A DNA stretch of 64,000 bases from an uncultured Alistipes sp. (GCA_944326855.1 CALVFO010000018.1:26766-90765), one strand, 5' to 3'; positions 1-8,020 are shown, numbered from the stretch's first letter. A program made the numbers and translations. Notes: generated by a model from the sequence alone, not told the origin.

Positions 1-699
1 CAGTTCGGGCAATCCCACCGAGGTCGGCGTATCCCGTAAAAAGATCAGCAATCCGATCGAACCAGCAAAAGCAATCCCTGCCGGAATCCAGAAACACCAT
101 TTCCAGGCGCCCACATGATCGGGCCCGCTTCCCAGGTTTCCCATGATGTATCCGCACAGAATCACCACCAATCCGGCCCCGACCGAATGGGAGGTATTCC
201 ACAACGACATTTTGGTCGCCAGTTCACGGGGTGGAATCCAGTGGGTCAACAGGCGGGCGCAGGGCGGGAAGCCCGATCCCTGCAACAGACCGTTGAGCAC
301 CCACATGATGCCCAGGAAAAGAATCAATGTATTGGTAAACCCGCTCCCGGAGGTTTCTCCCGTGATCCAACTCGCGATATCTTCGCCAAACCCGAATGCA
401 AAATTGGACAGTGCACAGAGGGCCAGTCCGATCGCCATGAAAAAACGGGCGTTAACCCTGTCGCCGATCATACCGCCCAGAAACTTGGACAGGCCATAGA
501 TCAATCCGTTCAGCGTCAAGAAAATCCCCAGGCTCGTTTTGGTAATCCCCAAATCGGCTTCCATGCCGGGCATCGCCAGGCTGAAGTTCTTGCGCACGAA
601 ATAGAAGAGAGCATACCCGATCATCGTCACAATGATCGTACGGGTTTGCCAGTACTTGAATTTCCGGGCGGTTTCGGCCGCCATCGCTTGTTCTGCCAT
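1..699 (-). CDS. glpT: MFS organophosphate:Pi antiporter, GlpT/UhpC family (glycerol-phosphate transporter); C-terminal part lies beyond the window start
   Basis: Absent from the ORF track because it runs off the edge. Manual minus-strand translation from ATG at 699-697 gives MAEQAMAAETARKFKYWQTRTIIVTMIGYALFYFVRKNFSLAMPGMEADLG...GMIGDRVNARFF...LLQGSGFPPCARLLTHWIPPRE... This is colinear with the conserved N-terminal half of GlpT (YxVRKNFxxAMP, GxxxDRxN, G(W/F)PPC motifs). Confidence 0.85.
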   Translation of the reverse strand, partial: MAEQAMAAETARKFKYWQTRTIIVTMIGYALFYFVRKNFSLAMPGMEADLGITKTSLGIFLTLNGLIYGLSKFLGGMIGDRVNARFFMAIGLALCALSNFAFGFGEDIASWITGETSGSGFTNTLILFLGIMWVLNGLLQGSGFPPCARLLTHWIPPRELATKMSLWNTSHSVGAGLVVILCGYIMGNLGSGPDHVGAWKWCFWIPAGIAFAGSIGLLIFLRDTPTSVGLPEL

Positions 700-727
700 C
701 GTATCGTTCTACTTGAGGGTTTTCGTT

Positions 728-2074
728 CTATTTCAGCGGAGGCCACACTCCTTGAGGCGAGAGAATCACATCGACCCAGCGATCGAGATTACAAGTCCGT
801 ACGGCCACATCCAGGATCGTAAATCGACGACGAATATGCTGCGCCTTGATAAAATCGGAATGCAGACGTTCCCGGGAAATACCGATCTGAGACGGATCGG
901 TCGGAGCACACACCAGATCGAGCCGGCGTTTGGCTTCGGGGAACGGCACCAACTGATTCTGCAGGCGTTCCTGAATACGTCCCCAATTCTCCTTGAGCAG
1001 GGTCAACTGTCCTCGCAACTGTTCCTTGGTCGCATATTTGGCCCGAGTCTCTCTCAGACCCAACTCCGGGAAATCGGTCCCGGCATACAGTTCCAGCGCG
1101 AAACGATCGGACTCTTCCGGTGTCGGCCAGGCCGCTACACAGGCCTCGATATCGAGGTTGGGAATATCCGTAGCCAGCAATTGTTCGTACAAGGCCGTCG
1201 AAGCCAACATCCCGATGCTCACCTTGAATCCGTGCGAGGGGGCATGTCCCTGAAAAGTATGGTGTTCCATATCCCACAGGTGGCTGAACTGATGATCGGC
1301 GCCCGATGCCGGCCGGCTGGTCCGCGAGGCCTGCATGGCGAATCCGCCCAACATCAGGCCCTCGATCAAGGCCTCGATTTTCTTTTCATCCCCGCTGCGT
1401 ACGCCGGCCGGATCGGCCAACGCGTCTTTCAACCCATCCTGCACCACCGAAAACGCAAAGCGATCGATGGGTTCCACGCCCAATTCTTCGGCCAGAATCC
1501 AATCGGCTCCGGCCGGAACTTTGGCAAACAGATCGGCATATCCGGAGGCTGTCATCTCGGCCGGTGCCCCGGCGATAATCGCCGTATCGGCCAACACGGC
1601 CAACGGCGCCGGACATTCGAACGTCTGTTTGTTCCCTTCGAAGATCACCGAAGCCCCATAGGCGGCATAACCGTCCATCGAAGCGGCCGTGGCCACACAC
1701 ATATAACGCCGTCCCTGATGATAGGAACAAAGTTTGCTCAAGTCATTGATCGTTCCGGAACCCACAGCCACCACGATGGCTTCAGTCTGTTTCAATCGTT
1801 CATCGAGTTGCTCCACGAAACGCCATTCGGCATGCAAATCGGGATCATCGAAGATATAAGGTTCCTGCTGCCGGATTCCGGCTTCGTCCAAAAATCGGTG
1901 TACGGCCCGACCCGCTACTTCGAACGTATTCGTATCGGCTACGATCAGAGCTTCCTGACCCGGAAACAACTCCCCGAACATAGCTCCGACCCGGGAGAGA
2001 ATACCGCTCCCGATTTCAACGGCGCGCGTTTCGCTGGCGCGCTCCAATGCTTTTTGTACTCGGTTCATAAACAT
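728..2074 (-). CDS. Iron-containing alcohol dehydrogenase superfamily protein, sn-glycerol-1-phosphate dehydrogenase-like (AraM/EgsA-related), 448 aa with a C-terminal extension
   Basis: ORF track 728..2074. It has a VAVGSGTINDLSK nucleotide loop and an SGYAD / DHQFSHLWD / PSHG pattern resembling the metal and substrate ligands of G1PDH-type enzymes. It sits 28 nt upstream of glpT on the same strand. An alternative start at M3 (2068) is possible. Confidence 0.6.
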   Translation of the reverse strand: MFMNRVQKALERASETRAVEIGSGILSRVGAMFGELFPGQEALIVADTNTFEVAGRAVHRFLDEAGIRQQEPYIFDDPDLHAEWRFVEQLDERLKQTEAIVVAVGSGTINDLSKLCSYHQGRRYMCVATAASMDGYAAYGASVIFEGNKQTFECPAPLAVLADTAIIAGAPAEMTASGYADLFAKVPAGADWILAEELGVEPIDRFAFSVVQDGLKDALADPAGVRSGDEKKIEALIEGLMLGGFAMQASRTSRPASGADHQFSHLWDMEHHTFQGHAPSHGFKVSIGMLASTALYEQLLATDIPNLDIEACVAAWPTPEESDRFALELYAGTDFPELGLRETRAKYATKEQLRGQLTLLKENWGRIQERLQNQLVPFPEAKRRLDLVCAPTDPSQIGISRERLHSDFIKAQHIRRRFTILDVAVRTCNLDRWVDVILSPQGVWPPLK

Positions 2075-2447
2075 TTTCGGTTAGAACGTGCAACAACGTC
2101 TATACATCTCATACAAGATAGCCATATTTTCGATTCCCGTCAAGACTTCTCAACGGCCCTTTCCGCAGGAGCGTTCCTCGGACCATACGGATACCTCCGG
2201 CTGTGAGGCACTTACCATCACCGGCATTCTCCGCCACGATTTTGCGCCCGAATCTGGAGAGGAGACCTTGTCTGCGGGTGGCGGATCCCGCCTACAAACA
2301 GTCACCTCTTCCAGTGGGCCCAATACGATCTGCTGCACTTCGGAAATCTCCGGCGGCTATCTCTTTCAACTATTTTCTTTTCTATCATCGACTTCCGAAA
2401 AGAAGTCTTCGAATGAAACAAAAATACATTTATCGCCCCAGAAAAAC

Positions 2448-2476
2448 AAACGAAATCGACGCAAAACGAAATCAAC
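2448..2476. repeat. 13-bp direct repeat AAACGAAATC(G/A)AC x2 (period 16) in the DeoR / G1PDH-like divergent spacer; candidate operator
   Basis: Read directly: 2448-2460 aaacgaaatcgac and 2464-2476 aaacgaaatcaac. A perfect palindrome TTTCGAAA lies nearby at 2511-2518. Confidence 0.4.
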
Positions 2477-2546
2477 ATCGAGAAAACAGAGCCTGATCGA
2501 ACCTTATTTCTTTCGAAATACCGTTGGATTTCCGAGAAAGATTCGT

Positions 2547-2554
2547 TACATTTG
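2547..2554 (+). promoter_or_regulatory. Candidate Bacteroidota -7 box TACATTTG (TAnnTTTG) for the DeoR-family regulator gene
   Basis: Exact TAnnTTTG match 21 nt upstream of ATG 2575. Only a weak GTTG sits at the expected -33 position (2523-2526). Confidence 0.45.
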
Positions 2555-2574
2555 TTTACAAGACCCAAACGATC

Positions 2575-3345
2575 ATGCTCAGCATAGCCGAAAGACACAA
2601 ATTCATTCTGGATGCCCTGCAACAACAGGGATTCATCCGCATCGGTGATATCGCCGCCCAATTGGGCGTAACGGTCGTCACCATCCGAAAAGATTTCAAA
2701 GAGCTGGAAAAACGAGGTTTGCTCTACCGCACGCACGGCAGTGCCAGTCCGGTCAACCCGTTGGTTCCCGACCGCAGCGTTTTCACCAAAGAACAGATCA
2801 ACCGCAAGAAAAAAGAAAAAATCGGACAAGCCGCCGCCCGTCTGATCGAACCGGACGACTCAATCATCATCGCCTCGGGGTCCACCATCTGTGCCTTTGC
2901 CCGACACATTCAACCTTCCGGCCATTTGAATGTCGTAACGCCCTCGTTAAGCGTAGCCACTCAGTTGAGTCGACTCGAACAGGTGAATGTCATCCAACTG
3001 GGCGGCACGGTGGATCAGAAATCGCTTTCGGTTCGCGGCGCATACACCGCCCTGGAAGTATTTGATTTCTTTTCCAGTTCCAAACTCTTTTTCGGGGCCG
3101 ACGGCATCGATGAAGAACACGGCGTCACGACCTCCAACCTGGAAGAGGTGCTGTTGACACGACGCATGATGTCTACGGCGACCCGCATCATTCTGCTGGC
3201 CGACTCGTCCAAATTCTCGAAACAGGGTTTCGGAAAGATCTGCATGCTCGACCAGATCGACACGCTGGTCACCGATGAAGACATTCCGGAAGCCACCCTT
3301 CACCAACTCGAAGAACAAGGCGTCGAAGTCATCATCGCCCGATAG
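2575..3345 (+). CDS. DeoR/GlpR family transcriptional regulator (N-terminal HTH plus DeoR C-terminal sugar-phosphate sensor domain)
   Basis: ORF 2524..3345. The likely true start is M18 (MLSIAERHKFILDALQQQGFIRIGDIAAQLGVTVVTIRKDFKELEKRGLL...), which is the typical DeoR HTH. The C-terminal DSIIIASGSTI...ILLADSSKF pattern is typical of DeoRC. Confidence 0.9.
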   Translation: MLSIAERHKFILDALQQQGFIRIGDIAAQLGVTVVTIRKDFKELEKRGLLYRTHGSASPVNPLVPDRSVFTKEQINRKKKEKIGQAAARLIEPDDSIIIASGSTICAFARHIQPSGHLNVVTPSLSVATQLSRLEQVNVIQLGGTVDQKSLSVRGAYTALEVFDFFSSSKLFFGADGIDEEHGVTTSNLEEVLLTRRMMSTATRIILLADSSKFSKQGFGKICMLDQIDTLVTDEDIPEATLHQLEEQGVEVIIAR

Positions 3346-3388
3346 CCCCCAAAGGCGTCGAAGTCATCATCGCTCGATAGACCCCCCA
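3317..3388 (+). repeat. 35-bp tandem duplication (2 copies) spanning the last 8 codons plus stop of the DeoR gene
   Basis: 3317-3345 aaggcgtcgaagtcatcatcgcccgatag is repeated at 3352-3380 aaggcgtcgaagtcatcatcgctcgatag with 1 mismatch. Both copies are followed by a C-run plus AA. Confidence 0.9.
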
Positions 3389-3494
3389 AAAAGACCTTTC
3401 CCGATAAACCGCGGGCCGTCACATTCGGATCACTTCCACGAGACACAACCCGCCTAAATCACCATACCCGAATCCGTCTTTCCTTTCCATAAAA

Positions 3495-3521
3495 AAAGCC
3501 TGCTTTACCCAGCAGGCTTTT
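3495..3521. terminator. Bidirectional rho-independent terminator between the convergent DeoR and nitroreductase genes
   Basis: 10-bp perfect stem aaagcctgct / agcaggcttt with loop ttaccc. It is flanked by an A7 run upstream (T7 on the minus strand) and T4 downstream. Confidence 0.8.
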
Positions 3522-3548
3522 AAACTTATAGCCAATCAAGAAATCCGC

Positions 3549-4295
3549 TCAAAATAGCAGGCCCAACCATTTCTTCAAATAGGCCGCAATCCCGTGCTCC
3601 ATGCTGTGACGATGATAATCGGTCACATGTACCGACCAGTCGTTATCGGTCTGACTCAGGGCACGCGAAGCATTGAATTGGCGAATCTGTTCGTCGTATT
3701 CGGCCAGACCTTGCCGCATATCTTCATCTGCCGTATAGGTTTCCTGATGCACGACCAGTTCCACGGGCAATTTGGGTTTCAGATCGGGCATCTCGGAAGG
3801 GTAGCCCAACGTCAGACCGCACACGATGGAAACCCCCTGCGGTAATTTCAGCATCGTGGCCAGTCGTTCGGGATCGGCCGTTCGGGCATACCCCACACAA
3901 CAACATCCCAATCCCAACGATTCGGCTGCCGTCACCGCACTCATCATCGCCAACGAAGCATCGATCACTCCGACCGTATAACCATCGATGGTCTTTTCGA
4001 AGCCGGGCGTTTCCACTCCCTGCAAAGCCGTCGCCACTTTCAATTTATGATAGTCCAGGCAAAACAACAAAAACGTCGAGCAGGTTTTGATCTGTTTCTG
4101 GCCCGTGATGGCATAAATCTCTTCCTTGGTAGGCTGATCATTCACGGCGATGACCGAAAACTGCTGTCCATTATAACTGGTCGGGGTATTGCGAATGGCT
4201 TCATAGATGTAAGCCAACTTTTCGGGTTCTATTTTTCTGCGTTCATAGCGCCGAATCGTACGGCGTGTCAACAAAGTTTCTTCTACGCTTTTCAT
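3549..4295 (-). CDS. Nitroreductase family protein (NfsA-like oxygen-insensitive NAD(P)H nitroreductase)
   Basis: ORF 3549..4295, 248 aa. It has LLTRRTIRRYE near the N-terminus, NGQQFSVIAV, and an overall NfsA-type length and layout. Confidence 0.8.
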   Translation of the reverse strand: MKSVEETLLTRRTIRRYERRKIEPEKLAYIYEAIRNTPTSYNGQQFSVIAVNDQPTKEEIYAITGQKQIKTCSTFLLFCLDYHKLKVATALQGVETPGFEKTIDGYTVGVIDASLAMMSAVTAAESLGLGCCCVGYARTADPERLATMLKLPQGVSIVCGLTLGYPSEMPDLKPKLPVELVVHQETYTADEDMRQGLAEYDEQIRQFNASRALSQTDNDWSVHVTDYHRHSMEHGIAAYLKKWLGLLF

Positions 4296-4408
4296 ACTTT
4301 CGCATCATTTGAATTTAGGGAGGATAAAGATACAAAGAATTCCGCTTCACCCGGTATATCTCCGCCAAAAGCATGCCGAAAACCACGAACTTCTTTCGTT
4401 TCCCGAAT

Positions 4409-4570
4409 CGGATCCCGTTCTCCGAAGCATGTTACCGATTTTTACAACATGGCCCTGATCTTTGAAACAGGGTCCCGATCCCAAAGCATGCTCCTGTTTT
4501 TCAAAACATGATCCCGATCCCGGACCCCAAAGCATGCTTCCGGGCTCCCGAAGCATGGTCTCGGCCCGAT
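4409..4570. repeat. Degenerate ~59-bp tandem repeat carrying four AAGCATG motifs (one a perfect 10-bp palindrome AAGCATGCTT)
   Basis: AAGCATG occurs at 4425, 4484, 4530 and 4551. AACATG occurs at 4446 and 4505, also with 59-bp spacing. (G/A)TCCCGATC-like cores recur. The region is intergenic, between the ROK gene stop and the nitroreductase start. Confidence 0.7.
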
Positions 4571-4582
4571 ATCGCCCGCCAT

Positions 4583-4622
4583 CAAAAATCGGGGGTGTTC
4601 CTTTCGGCAACACCCCCGATTT
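4583..4622 (-). terminator. Rho-independent terminator of the ROK kinase gene
   Basis: 14-bp stem aaatcgggggtgtt / aacacccccgattt (4586-4599 / 4609-4622), followed by a T-run on the minus strand. It lies 23 nt downstream of the stop at 4645. Confidence 0.8.
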
Positions 4623-4644
4623 GTTCTTTCCGACAGGAAACGGT

Positions 4645-5613
4645 TTATTCCGTCTGGCCCAATTCCTGCCATACCAGGGCCGAGGCACCCAATACGGCGG
4701 CATTCTTACCGTCGATTCCCGACGGAAGCAGTTTGACCTTGTTGCGGAAAATCGCCAACAAATTGGCTTCCATATACCGTTTGGTCGGTTCGAAAATATA
4801 CTTGCCGGCTTTGGCCAAGCCCCCGAACAGGAAGATCGCTTCGGGACTGGTGATCGCTACCACATCGGCCAATGCCTCACCCAACATCTTACCGGTATAT
4901 TCGTAGGCTTCGATCGCAATGGGGTCGCCATTGAGCGTCGCCTTGGTGATCATCTCAGCCGTCAGTTCGTCATACGGAATCTTGCGGAACTCACTCTCTT
5001 CGGTATGGTCGGCCAGCAGTTTGAAAACGGTACGTTTGATCCCCGTAGCCGACACATACGTTTCCAGACACCCTTTGCGACCACAACCGCACACCCGACC
5101 GGTCTTGTGTACGATCACGTGGCCCAACTCTCCGGCAAAGCCATCGTGTCCGTAAACCAACTTGCCGTTGACCACGAAACCGCTTCCCAAACCGGTTCCC
5201 AAAGTAACGACCACGAAATTCTGCATACCACGAGCACCCCCGTATACCATTTCGCCCACGGCAGCCGCGTTGGCATCATTGGTAATAATCACCGGGATGG
5301 TCGGGAAGTAGCGTTTCATCTTTTCCACGATCTGCAACACCCCTTTCCACACCAGGTTCGGAGCAAACTCAATGGTTCCCGTATAATAGTTGCCGTTGGG
5401 GGCACCGATCCCCACACCGATCACATCCACATCATCTCCGCTGCGTTTGATCAGATCCTGAATGCCGATATACAACTCCTCGATATACTGATCGAAATCG
5501 GGATAGTTCCGGGTCGAGAAAGCCCCTTCGCCGATAATATTGCCGTCCTGATCCACCAGGCCGTAGACCGTATTGGTTCCTCCGATGTCTACACCAACAG
5601 CTACTTTTCTCAT
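4645..5613 (-). CDS. ROK family sugar kinase (glucokinase / N-acetylhexosamine kinase type)
   Basis: ORF 4645..5682. The likely start is M24 (MRKVAVGVDIGGTNTVYGLV, the ATP-binding DxGGT motif). The ROK zinc motif GHVIVHKTGRVCGCGRKGCLETY is present. Confidence 0.9.
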   Translation of the reverse strand: MRKVAVGVDIGGTNTVYGLVDQDGNIIGEGAFSTRNYPDFDQYIEELYIGIQDLIKRSGDDVDVIGVGIGAPNGNYYTGTIEFAPNLVWKGVLQIVEKMKRYFPTIPVIITNDANAAAVGEMVYGGARGMQNFVVVTLGTGLGSGFVVNGKLVYGHDGFAGELGHVIVHKTGRVCGCGRKGCLETYVSATGIKRTVFKLLADHTEESEFRKIPYDELTAEMITKATLNGDPIAIEAYEYTGKMLGEALADVVAITSPEAIFLFGGLAKAGKYIFEPTKRYMEANLLAIFRNKVKLLPSGIDGKNAAVLGASALVWQELGQTE

Positions 5614-5764
5614 TTTCAGTTTTGTATTGAAGTTAATTGAATCAAGTAATGCATTTGTTCGAATTATCAAATATAGACACAAAAAGAGGGTTTTGCAAAT
5701 TGTTTCCTGAAAAACGACGTATTTTTTCTACCTTTATGCGCCATTATTTTCAAAATCGAATCCT

Positions 5765-6739
5765 ATGTATTCTGTCCGCGAACTTCTCGAAATCACGGAA
5801 AGCGAACTTGCCTCGCTGGCCTATCCCGTCTCTCCCGACGGTTTGTACGCCCCCATGCGTTATGCGCTGGAAGGAGGCGGGAAACGCATTCGGCCCGTAT
5901 TGGTGCTGATGGGTTGCAACCTGTTCCGCGAATCGGTCACCGCTGCCAGGCCGGCCGCTCTGGCTGTGGAAGTTTTCCATAACTTCACCTTGCTGCACGA
6001 CGACATCATGGATCACTCGGACACCCGACGCGGCAAACCTTCCGTCTATAAAAAATGGAACGAGAATACCGCCATTCTCTCCGGCGACATGATGCTGATC
6101 TACGCATATCGCCTGTTAAACCGTTGCGAAGAGAGTCTCGTTCCCCGTTTGCTGGACGCGTTCAACGAAATCGCCCTCGGCGTATGCGAAGGCCAACAAT
6201 ACGACATGGATTTCGAAACGCGGGAAGATGTCAGCGTCGACGAATACCTGGAGATGATCCGCCTCAAAACGGCCGTTCTGTTGGGAGGAGCCCTTCAGTT
6301 GGGAGCGATCTGCGGAGGCGCCTCGGCCGAACAGACCGAACTGCTGTATCGTTTCGGGCTCAACATCGGCCTGGCTTTCCAGTTGCAGGACGACCTGCTG
6401 GACACTTATGGGGATCCGGCCATTTTGGGCAAACCGGTCGGCGAGGACATTCTGGCCGGCAAAAAGAATTTCCTGCTCAGTAAGGCGTTGTCCATGACCG
6501 ACGAGAACGGACGCATCGAGTTGCTGTCGTTGCTTCGGAATCAGGAAATGCCCGCTGCCGACAAAATCGCAGCCGTCAAAGCCATATACGACCGACTGGA
6601 TCTCAAAACCATCACAGAACAACAAATCGCAGCCTATTTCGGGAACGCTTTCCATACGCTCGAAGTGCTGGATATCGATTCCGAACGACTGAAACCGTTG
6701 CGCGAACTGGCCTCCGGGCTCCTCAACCGACAGAAATAA
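5765..6739 (+). CDS. Polyprenyl diphosphate synthase (trans-isoprenyl diphosphate synthase, probably short-chain FPP/GGPP type)
   Basis: ORF 5765..6739. The first Asp-rich motif is LLHDDIMDHSDTRRG (no 2-aa insertion, Phe at -5). The second is FQLQDDLLD, and GKRIRP lies near the N-terminus. Confidence 0.9.
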   Translation: MYSVRELLEITESELASLAYPVSPDGLYAPMRYALEGGGKRIRPVLVLMGCNLFRESVTAARPAALAVEVFHNFTLLHDDIMDHSDTRRGKPSVYKKWNENTAILSGDMMLIYAYRLLNRCEESLVPRLLDAFNEIALGVCEGQQYDMDFETREDVSVDEYLEMIRLKTAVLLGGALQLGAICGGASAEQTELLYRFGLNIGLAFQLQDDLLDTYGDPAILGKPVGEDILAGKKNFLLSKALSMTDENGRIELLSLLRNQEMPAADKIAAVKAIYDRLDLKTITEQQIAAYFGNAFHTLEVLDIDSERLKPLRELASGLLNRQK

Positions 6740-6745
6740 ATCGAC

Positions 6746-8020
6746 ATGCAAACACCGCTGAACATCCGGCGCGACGAAATCGAACTGATGGCTCCGGCCG
6801 GTTCATACGAATCGCTGATGGCTGCCATCGGGGCCGGAGCCAACTCGGTCTATTTCGGCGTGGGCGAGCTGAACATGCGAGCCCGCTCGGCCTTCAACTT
6901 CACGCTGGAGGATCTTGCCCGCATCGCCCGCATCGCCCACGAACACGGCGTCAAAACCTACCTGACCGTCAACACCATCCTCTACGACAAGGATCTGGAT
7001 ACAATGCGCCGGATCATGGACCGGGCTCGGGCCGAGGGGATCGATGCGGTGATCGTTTCCGATCAGGCCGGTATTCTGTATGCCCGCAGCATCGGATTGG
7101 AGGTACACATCTCCACCCAGCTGAACCTTTCCAACATCGAATCGGTCGCTTTTTATGCAGCCTATGCCGATGTCATGGTACTCGCCCGGGAACTGGACCT
7201 GTACCAGGTCCGGAAAATTCACCGACAAATCCTTGCCCGGGATATCCGGGGCCCCAAAGGCGAGCCGATCAAAATCGAAATGTTCGCGCACGGGGCGCTG
7301 TGCATGGCCGTCTCGGGCAAATGCTACCTCAGCCTGCACGACAACGGACATTCGGCCAACCGGGGGGATTGCCGACAAATCTGCCGCCGCAGTTATGTGG
7401 TCCGCGATCGGGAAACCGACGAAGAGCTGGAAATCGAAAATCCCTTCATCCTCTCGCCCAAAGATCTGTGTACCATCGATTTTCTGGACCGCTTCCTCGA
7501 AGCAGGCGTACGGGTTCTCAAAATCGAAGGCCGGGCCCGTTCGGCGGAATACGTCAATCGGGTAGTGGGATGCTACCATGAAGCCCTTGTGGCTCTGGAG
7601 CAGGGAACCTATACCCCCGAACGCATCGAAAACTGGAAACGGCGTCTCGGAGAGGTGTTCAATCGCGGTTTCTGGGGCGGATATTACCTGGGCGGGAAGA
7701 CCGGAGAATGGAGTCAGGTATATGGCTCCTCGGCCACCAAACGGAAGGTCTATGTCGGAAAAGTCACCAACTTTTTCAAAAAGATTTCGGTGGCTGAAAT
7801 TCAGGTGGAAGCCGCACCGCTCGCGGTCGGGGAGGAGGCCTTTTTCATGGGAGAGACCACCGGGGTACAGGAATTTACCGTCCGGGAAATTCGGGTTGCC
7901 GAGCAAGCCGTACCTCAGAGCGTACAGGGTGAAACCTGTTCAATCCCGACCACAGGGCTCATCCGACGTGGCGATCGTCTCTATAAATTCGTGGAAGTCG
8001 ATCCCAGCGAATCGGAATAG
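6746..8020 (+). CDS. Peptidase U32 family protein (PrtC/TrhP/UbiU-like; probable Fe-S enzyme)
   Basis: ORF 6746..8020. It has the ELMAPAGS N-terminus typical of U32 and an exact CX6CX15CX3C cysteine motif (C186, C193, C209, C213; nt 7301-7384). It starts 6 nt after the polyprenyl synthase stop. Confidence 0.85.
   Translation: MQTPLNIRRDEIELMAPAGSYESLMAAIGAGANSVYFGVGELNMRARSAFNFTLEDLARIARIAHEHGVKTYLTVNTILYDKDLDTMRRIMDRARAEGIDAVIVSDQAGILYARSIGLEVHISTQLNLSNIESVAFYAAYADVMVLARELDLYQVRKIHRQILARDIRGPKGEPIKIEMFAHGALCMAVSGKCYLSLHDNGHSANRGDCRQICRRSYVVRDRETDEELEIENPFILSPKDLCTIDFLDRFLEAGVRVLKIEGRARSAEYVNRVVGCYHEALVALEQGTYTPERIENWKRRLGEVFNRGFWGGYYLGGKTGEWSQVYGSSATKRKVYVGKVTNFFKKISVAEIQVEAAPLAVGEEAFFMGETTGVQEFTVREIRVAEQAVPQSVQGETCSIPTTGLIRRGDRLYKFVEVDPSESE

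Noticed and set aside
632-2206. 524-aa plus-strand ORF covering the G1PDH-like locus
   Set aside because: It is entirely antisense to a gene with clear family motifs. Its sequence is Arg/Gly/Pro/His-rich with no recognisable domain, which is the typical shadow ORF of GC-rich DNA.
4409-4570. Possibility that the AAGCATG repeat region is a small CRISPR array
   Set aside because: The units are degenerate, the spacing is irregular (59/46/21 bp), there are only about 2-4 copies, there are no unique spacers of uniform length, and no cas genes occur anywhere in the window.
4462-5640. 392-aa plus-strand ORF opposite the ROK kinase gene, and ORFs 4347..4703 and 4442..4672 across the repeat region
   Set aside because: The long ORF is antisense to a well-supported ROK gene. 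The short ones merely translate the AAGCATG repeat array and the terminator hairpin, and they have no start context or protein-like composition.
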